From Callorhinchus milii (taxonomy: Eukaryota): a DNA stretch of 42,231 bases. Made by a program: the position numbers and the translations under genes. The DNA lies in assembly GCF_018977255.1 (NCBI RefSeq), contig NW_024705468.1:1-42231 (forward strand), written 5' to 3'. Shown in pieces: positions 35,871-42,231 of this stretch. Within the stretch, counting starts at the first letter, position 1, and the number at the start of each line of letters is the position of its first letter. The notes below the pieces were generated by a model that saw only the letters and a program-made list of their open reading frames with translations, had not been told where the DNA came from and searched no databases.

Positions 35871-36591
35871 GTTGTCTTTTTTGGAGAGAAGATTGAAAGG
35901 GAATGGAAGTCTTTGAATGATAATGTCCAGGTAGCTTTCTCGCATGAAGTTATTTGGTGTATATTGCTAATTTGCTTGTTAATTGCAAGTTGTCAAAATG
36001 TAAGTTATTGTTAATGGGGAACGGGAGAGGAACAATTGGGAAAGGCAACACTCCTTCCGAAAGGGAGAAACAGTTTGTTCTGTCTGTTACCGGTATTTGA
36101 GATCANTTTTTTTTTCTGGGCGCTCAACATACCGCATTTCTCCAATACTTGAAACAGAAAGAGAAAATATACTTCCACAGAAAATACCGCTCAGCCTTAT
36201 GGTTTGTTTATGAATCTGTGAAAGAGTTATTTGTTAAGTCTTATTATCTGCTATCTCCATCGTGTCTGTGCTGGTGCTCTCGCCCGAAATCGAGCTCTTT
36301 AATCTACTCCCATTCCCTGCTCTCTCAATCTCCCCATAGGGTCTATGATATTGCTTACTCTCCCACCGGAGACCTCGACTGTAACCCCATCCCCTGTCGA
36401 TTCTCTCCTTTTCGTGTCTCTGCTCGTGCCCGTTCTCCACTGCGGCCCATATTAGTGATGACTTTAAATAGCTGCCCTGTAATTAAGGACTGACCATTGA
36501 TGCTGTGAGAGACCGAGCCGATCAGATCCCTGCTTGTATGAATTAATGTATTAAAACATTCCTGCTTTAATCTTGTTCTTTTCTTGTGCAG

Positions 36592-36627
36592 TGATGCTTC
36601 TGGAATTAAAGACAGTGGAATCTGCAG
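36592..36627 (+). pseudogene. Signal-peptide exon 2 of SRCR copy B
   Basis: ttcttgtgcag acceptor, gttagt donor; 36 nt. Confidence 0.85.
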
Positions 36628-36699
36628 GTTAGTGAAACAATCTCACAGACAAAAGTTGCAATGGAAACATTAGCCGTTGAGAGTGAGATTCGGCCTCTC

Positions 36700-36810
36700 T
36701 TAAATAATAAATAAATGAATAAATGAACGAATGAATGAACGAACGAACGAAACGAAGAAAGAAAGAAGTAAATGAATGAATGAATAAATGAATAAATGAA
36801 TAAATAAATG
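36700..36810. repeat. (TAAA/TGAA/CGAA)n tetranucleotide repeat
   Basis: Read directly from the sequence. Confidence 0.85.
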
Positions 36811-37011
36811 CCTCCATCTTCACCTCCATCTGCGTAACAGGAGGAGGTACCAACTCACAATCCACAGGCCACGTTAATAGTCTGATTCCAACTTCCACTT
36901 TACACTCACTCCTTCCGTTACACCTTGGTGACCGCGTTTTCTCCAATTATATCCTGAAACCGTGGAACATTCTTCCTCTATCTCTCGGCACTACACCTTC
37001 TTTGAAGTCTA

Positions 37012-37096
37012 TTCTGTGAAGCGCTTTGGGACGTCCTCCCGACGTGAAAAGCGCTATATCAAATGCAAGGATTATTATTATTATTATTATTATTAT
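37012..37096 (+). mobile_element. SINE 3' tail inserted in an older L2 remnant (~36815-37240)
   Basis: TTCTGTGAAGCGCTTTGGGACGTCC...GGA(TTA)n. Confidence 0.88.
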
Positions 37097-37328
37097 TTGT
37101 CTATCATCAGGTGACGCCTGAAGAATTTCCTACGGTCACGTCCCCGGTGCCCCCGATTCGGTGTCGCGCTCCGCCTGTGTGAAGCACTCTGCGACCTTAC
37201 ACTGTGTGAGGGCGCTGTGTCAATACAAGTTGTTTTTTTTTGGTATTGCGACAGCGGTAGGTCTGGGTTTAAATGAAGATTTTTGATCGGGTGACCCATG
37301 GGAGGAAGTTGGAGGAACTAAGCGGGAG

Positions 37329-37421
37329 ATAATAATAATAATAATAATAATAATCCTTGCATTTGATATAGCGCTTTTCACGTCAGGAGGACGTCCCAAA
37401 GCGCTTCACAGAACACACTGT
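37329..37421 (-). mobile_element. SINE 3' tail
   Basis: (TAA)n CCTTGCATTTGATATAGCGC...CACAGAACACACTGT. Confidence 0.88.
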
Positions 37422-38289
37422 AGGGTGCGGCCATACGGTGGTAGCTATGCCCTGTGTGGGGGATGGGGAAATGGGGGAATGTGTCCGTACGTGGGGTCTA
37501 TACGCTTGGGATGGGCTTTACTCTGGAGTTGGCTGGAACTGTGAGCTGCTGTGTCTGGAGTGACGTTCTTGCCCCGGAGGAGGAGCTGCGCGGTGTGGTC
37601 GGCGACATACCCTTATGTGGGGGGTCGGGAGGGTGTTGTTGGGATGGGTGCTGTGCCTGAGGAGTGGGGAGGCTGTGCTCGGTGAGGAGGGGGTGCGTCG
37701 TGGATCTGTATCTTGGGGAATCTGTGTCTGGGATGCTTTGCCGGCGCATATGGTCTGTGCCTAGGGAATGGGGGCGTGTGTTCTTGGTTGTGCTCTTGGA
37801 GAATCTGTGCCCTGGTGGGTCATTGCCCAAGGGATGTTCTATTCAATGTGGTCATTGCTTTGCTTGGTCATATATATGTAGCCCTATTTAGTGCCTACCT
37901 CTTCAGTTGGTGTACAAACGTTGTAACTTAGCCTGACTTAAACCTGGGCTATTAATGTACTAATAAAACTGCAATGTCTGCGTCTTTATCTTTGTATCTG
38001 CTAATAACCGATTGACGTGGAAATATGATGTATACCTCAACAGAAAGGCATGCTTGTACTAATTACATGTTCGAATTTTGGAGGAACTCCTATCGCTGAT
38101 GAGATGTATTTAACAAAATAATATTGAATTTATCCCCCAAAATAAAAAAATGCGTGTGTTCTGCAACAAGGTAGAGCAAAGGAAATGGATATAATTGTTC
38201 GTGGGAATGCCCTATAGTTACATAAACTATAATAATCTAATATAAAGTATAACAATAAAAAGGACAGTAAAATAGTATAAACTAGTCAA

Positions 38290-38480
38290 ATAATCCTTGC
38301 ATTTGATAGCCTCTTATCACGTCTTCGAAACGTCTAAAAGCACTTCAAGGTTTACACTGCAATGTGAATCGGCTCAATATTTTGTGGGAGAAATGGGGCA
38401 GTCAATCATGCACAATGGTGTCTCACGAACACTCATGGATTCAGCGAACAAATTATTATTGATCTTGTTGAATGGATTGT
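38290..38480 (-). mobile_element. Old degenerate SINE 3' half
   Basis: TAATCCTTGCATTTGATAGC...TTTGTGGGAGAAATGGGGCAGTCAAT. Confidence 0.7.
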
Positions 38481-38839
38481 AATCCCCGGAAAAGAAATCC
38501 AACATTTGACTAATGGGTTCCTACTGTCTGCCAGGTAAACAGAGGCGTGTTGCGGGAGGAAGCTTCCCTAACGTTTCAACTTGCCTGGGAATCAAAATAT
38601 CAAGTATAGTAATCCAAGATAAAGCACAATATTCTAATACAAAGCTAAATAAACTGATATAACATATAATAGCATGACGTGACACACAATAATATAATAT
38701 AAACTGTAATAACGCTATCCTTTGTTTGCAAACGTAACTGCAACGGGTGCAGTTTTGGTGTAGTAAACTGTTTCTGTCATGGTGATCCTCGGATCGTAGA
38801 CTGTATATCGCTAGCAGTCACTGAAACCATTAATATGAA

Positions 38840-39070
38840 AATCAGGAAACAAAAAACAGAAGTCGCTGGGACAACTAAGCGGTTCAGGGAGCAACAATAG
38901 AGAAAGGAAAGTGTGTCCACATTTCTGGTTTGCGTCCCCACGTCAGAAATGGTGAAGGCTTTGTTCTGACGAGGGGTCGTGAGCACGAGGCGTGTACTCA
39001 CATTCCGTTCTCCATAAATGCTGCCTGACCCGCTAAGTGTTCCCAGTGACTTTGTTTTTGTACCAGATTC
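38840..39070. mobile_element. Palindromic Penelope-like pLTR remnant
   Basis: Imperfect ~110 bp inverted arms (AAGTCGCTGGGACAACTAAGCGGTTCAGG / CCTGACCCGCTAAGTGTTCCCAGTGACTT) with TTCTGACG cores. Confidence 0.6.
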
Positions 39071-39247
39071 CCAGCGTCTTTTTTATGCTTTGATTATAAT
39101 GATTATTATTGCTGTTGCTTTGTCTAACCCCCAGAAAAACTCCCAGTGTGTCAGAGGCTCTGTACATTTACAACGTATTGCATTATCCTGGGTGACTGAA
39201 AGTTTAACAGGAAAGAAACGCTTAATACTTTGTGTGATATCTTGCAG

Positions 39248-39582
39248 AGAGTGTGAGTGTGAGGCTGGTAAATGGCAGCAGCCCGTGTGCCGGGAGAGTG
39301 GAAGTTTAACACTATGGACAGTGGGGCACAGTGTATGGCAAAGGCTATGACAATGGCAATCTGACGTGGGGTATGAAGGCCGCGACTGTTGTGTGTAAGG
39401 AGCTGAACTGTGGATTCACGCTGTCAGCACTCGTGAGAGCTCACTTTGGGAAAAGATCAGATCCCATTGTAACGTGGGGTGTTCCCTGTAGAGGGAGAGA
39501 GTCTGCTCTGAGGATTGTTCCTCGCGGCCCTGGCTTCACTATACCGGGCCACACACCTATGATGCCGGCGTGATCTGGGGAG
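39248..39582 (+). pseudogene. SRCR domain exon with a stop, a frameshift and a lost donor
   Basis: ESVSVRLVNGSSPCAGRVEV*HYGQWGTVYGKGYDNGNLTWGMKAATVVCKELNCG...VPCRGRESALR/(fs)CSSRPWLHYTGPHTYDAGVIW; TAA at 39307-39309; 1-nt deletion near 39513. Confidence 0.92.
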
Positions 39583-39609
39583 GCGTTTAGCGGGATATAC
39601 ACAGGGACA

Positions 39610-42231
39610 GACTTCAGCACAAAGCAAGTGAGGAATGCAAACGCAGGACATGTGATAGCAGAATCGTGAGCACAGGGGGGGTGAGCAAAGGCGTGTCATC
39701 ACAGGGTGCAGCGTGAGCACAGGGCGTAAGCGCAGGTGTCAGATAAGTACCCGGTGGGGTGAGAACAGTGGGATGAACACAGTGTGCTGAGCACAGAAGG
39801 GTAAGCATTGGCAGAGAAGCACTTGGGCTGTGAATATAATAATCCTTGCATTTGATATAGCGCTTTTCACGTCGGGAGGACTTCCCAAAGCGCTTCACAG
39901 AACACACTGGAAAGTGAATTGACTGTATATTTGTGGGCGAACGCGGCAGCCAATTGCGCACAGCAATGTCCCACAAACAGTCGTGGATTGAAAATGAACA
40001 ATTTATTATTGTTTTGGTTTTGGAGAGATTATTATTAGGCTCTGTGTGGAGTAAGGAAACTTGCCCAAGGTTTCGCCCTCTGCCTGGAATTGAACTTAGG
40101 TCTCTCGCTTGCAAAGCAAGTGCTCTAACCACTGAGCTACAGGACTCCACTATAGATGAGGAGTGAGCGCTGCGTGCCTGTGCTATGCATATGTGAGCAG
40201 AGGGATGTGCTAAGTTCAGATGGGTGGGTTTGAGCACACGGTAGTGTAAGAACAGGGCTTATGTACACGTGCGGACAGGTGGGAATGAGCACATTGGGTG
40301 GATACAGGGAGAGAGTAAGCACAGTAGGGGTACCACAAGGTTTGTGAGTACATGTGATATGAGCACAGAGGTTGAACAAAGGTGGGTGGGCACTGACGGT
40401 GAGCTGAGCAAAATAGGGATCAGCAAAATGGGGTTGAGAACAGGTGAATTGGGCAGAGTGGGGTTCACCTGAATTGTGTGAGAACAATGAGTGAGCATAT
40501 TTCGGGTGAGCACAAGGGTGACCAGCAGAAAGGGGGTGAGCCTACGTGGGAAGACCATAGAGTGGGGGAGAAAACAGGAGGTGAGGATAGCGATGGCTCA
40601 GTAAACTGGATGGTGAGCATTGTGGTTGTGCACAGGCGAGGTGATAAATGGGGGGTGAGCACATGAAAGCTAAGTAAAGATGGGGTTTGACCATAGGGTG
40701 GTTGACCACAAGGGTGAGCACAGGTTTTGTGAGCAGAGTGGTTGGTGAGCACAGTGAGTGAACAGATGGTGTTCAGTACAGGGTGGATGAACATAGGGAG
40801 AGGGATAGCCAAAGGTGTTTGAGTACAGGGCTGAGCACAAGAGGGTTTTGCACAGGGAATTGTGAGCACAATTGCTGAGCACAGGGTGTGAGGACAGCGG
40901 GTGAGCATAGATGGTGTGTACACAATTGGGAGGGTGAGCATAGTGTGTGAGCAAAATGTGACTGCGCACCACAAGGTGGTGGGAGCGGTCTGAGCGCAAA
41001 GGTGGTAAGCACAGTGTAAAGTGAGCACAAAGGTCAACGGGCAAAGGGGAATGAGCACAGTAGGCGTGAGCGAAATGATTGATCACAAGTATTGATCCAA
41101 AAGGGAGGCTCAGGAGAGGTTGAAAACAAAGGATTCTGAGAAGAGGGGCACCTGAGCCTAGGGGCCGTTCGGGACACTGGAGGCGGGCGAGCACAAGAGG
41201 CTGAGCACAGTGGGGGTGAGAACAGGGGGTGATCAGAAGTCGGGAAGTCAGTGGGAGGGTGAGCATAGTGGATCGAGAAAACAGAGGCTGAGAGCAGGGG
41301 GCGGTGAGCACAGAAGGAAGCACAGGTGGGAATGAGCACAGGGAAGGGTGAGCACACTTAGTGTGAGCCATGGTGGTTGGCGGGGGCAGTTGACCACAGA
41401 TAGGTGAGCACAGAGCGGGTGGTCACAACGAGGGTGGGCACTAGGTTGCGGGTGCACAATGGGCGTCATCACAATGGAGGCTGAGCACGGGGTGCCGTGA
41501 GCCGAGGGGTGTGAGCACAGTGGGGGTGAGACAGGGGATGATCACACTTGGGGATGTCAGTGGGAAGGTGAGGTGTTAGAAAAGAGAGGCGTGAGAGGAA
41601 TGGGTCGATGAGCACTGGAAGGAAGCACAGTGGGGAATGATTGGGGTGAGCAAAGGGGACGTGAGAAAAGCAAGGTGAGCACAAGTGGCGTGAGCGCAGT
41701 TGGAGTGAGCAACTCGGGGGGCACAGGAGATTAGAGCACAAGCGGGTGTGTGCAAAATGGGTGTGAGCCCATTGGTCAGATGAACACAGGGTTGGAACAC
41801 AGGGGTTAGCAATGGATGTGTTAGAAAAAGCGGGGTGAGCACGGGGGCAAAAAATCGGTGAGTGAGAAAACAAGTGGTTGGGAAATGGGGAATAGAGCAA
41901 AGCGTTTAGCAGAAGGGGTTGGTTGGAGCACACGGGATATGGGTTGAGCACATGATGGCCTGAGTACAGGGGGAGTGAGCACGTGGGGTGGTGAACACAG
42001 GAGGGTGAGCACAAGGTTAGTGAACAAAAGTGGGGGTGGTAGGTGAGCACGATGGGAATGAGCACAGGGTGTCTGAGCGCGAGGTGTGAGCACAGGATGG
42101 GGTCCGCACAGTTGGTGTGAGCGTAGGGTGTGAGAGCTCAAGGGGAGAGCACAATGGGGTGAGAATGGTGGAGGGTGAGCATAGGTGGTGTGAGCACAAG
42201 AGGGTGGGTCGCACACAAGGGGTTAAGTACA
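39610..42231. repeat. GGGGTGAGCACA array (reverse complement of 20-6370), running off the window
   Basis: GTGAGCACAGGGG-like units, G-rich on +. Confidence 0.93.
39836..40148 (-). mobile_element. Full-length SINE inserted in the array
   Basis: Near-identical to 1228-1546. Confidence 0.94.

Larger units (their letters stand above)
34388..39582 (+). pseudogene. SRCR-domain gene copy B, 5' part, disabled
   Basis: Exon 1 34388-34412 (MDPLFLIF, G|gtgagt), exon 2 36592-36627 (VMLLELKTVESA) and SRCR exon 39248-39582. Confidence 0.88.

Noticed and set aside
35211..35945. 244-aa minus-strand ORF
   Set aside because: Product of a polypyrimidine low-complexity tract plus SINE tail

Overview
This is eukaryotic vertebrate DNA, most likely from a cartilaginous fish (chimaera/elephant-shark-like). 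That is inferred from the tRNA-headed Deu-domain SINEs sharing an L2 tail, CR1 remnants and a shark-type GPR139-like receptor. I found no intact protein-coding gene; almost all ORF-track entries are repeat artefacts. The window is organised as an old, diverged inverted duplication: left arm ~1-11640, right arm ~31530-42231, with a ~20 kb spacer. Each arm carries an outward-pointing scavenger-receptor cysteine-rich (SRCR) gene with a split signal peptide (25-nt and 36-nt exons) and a disabled group-B-like SRCR exon that lacks the C2/C7 cysteine pair. Each SRCR exon is followed by a degenerate GGGGTGAGCACA array that is G-rich on the sense strand. Each arm also carries an inward-pointing, unidentified exon-like block head-to-head with the SRCR gene. 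The spacer holds L2 and CR1 fragments, a two-exon GPR139-like pseudogene, local tandem duplications and a duplicated CTCF plus ZNF143-like motif module. All alignments were made by eye, so repeat boundaries are approximate.
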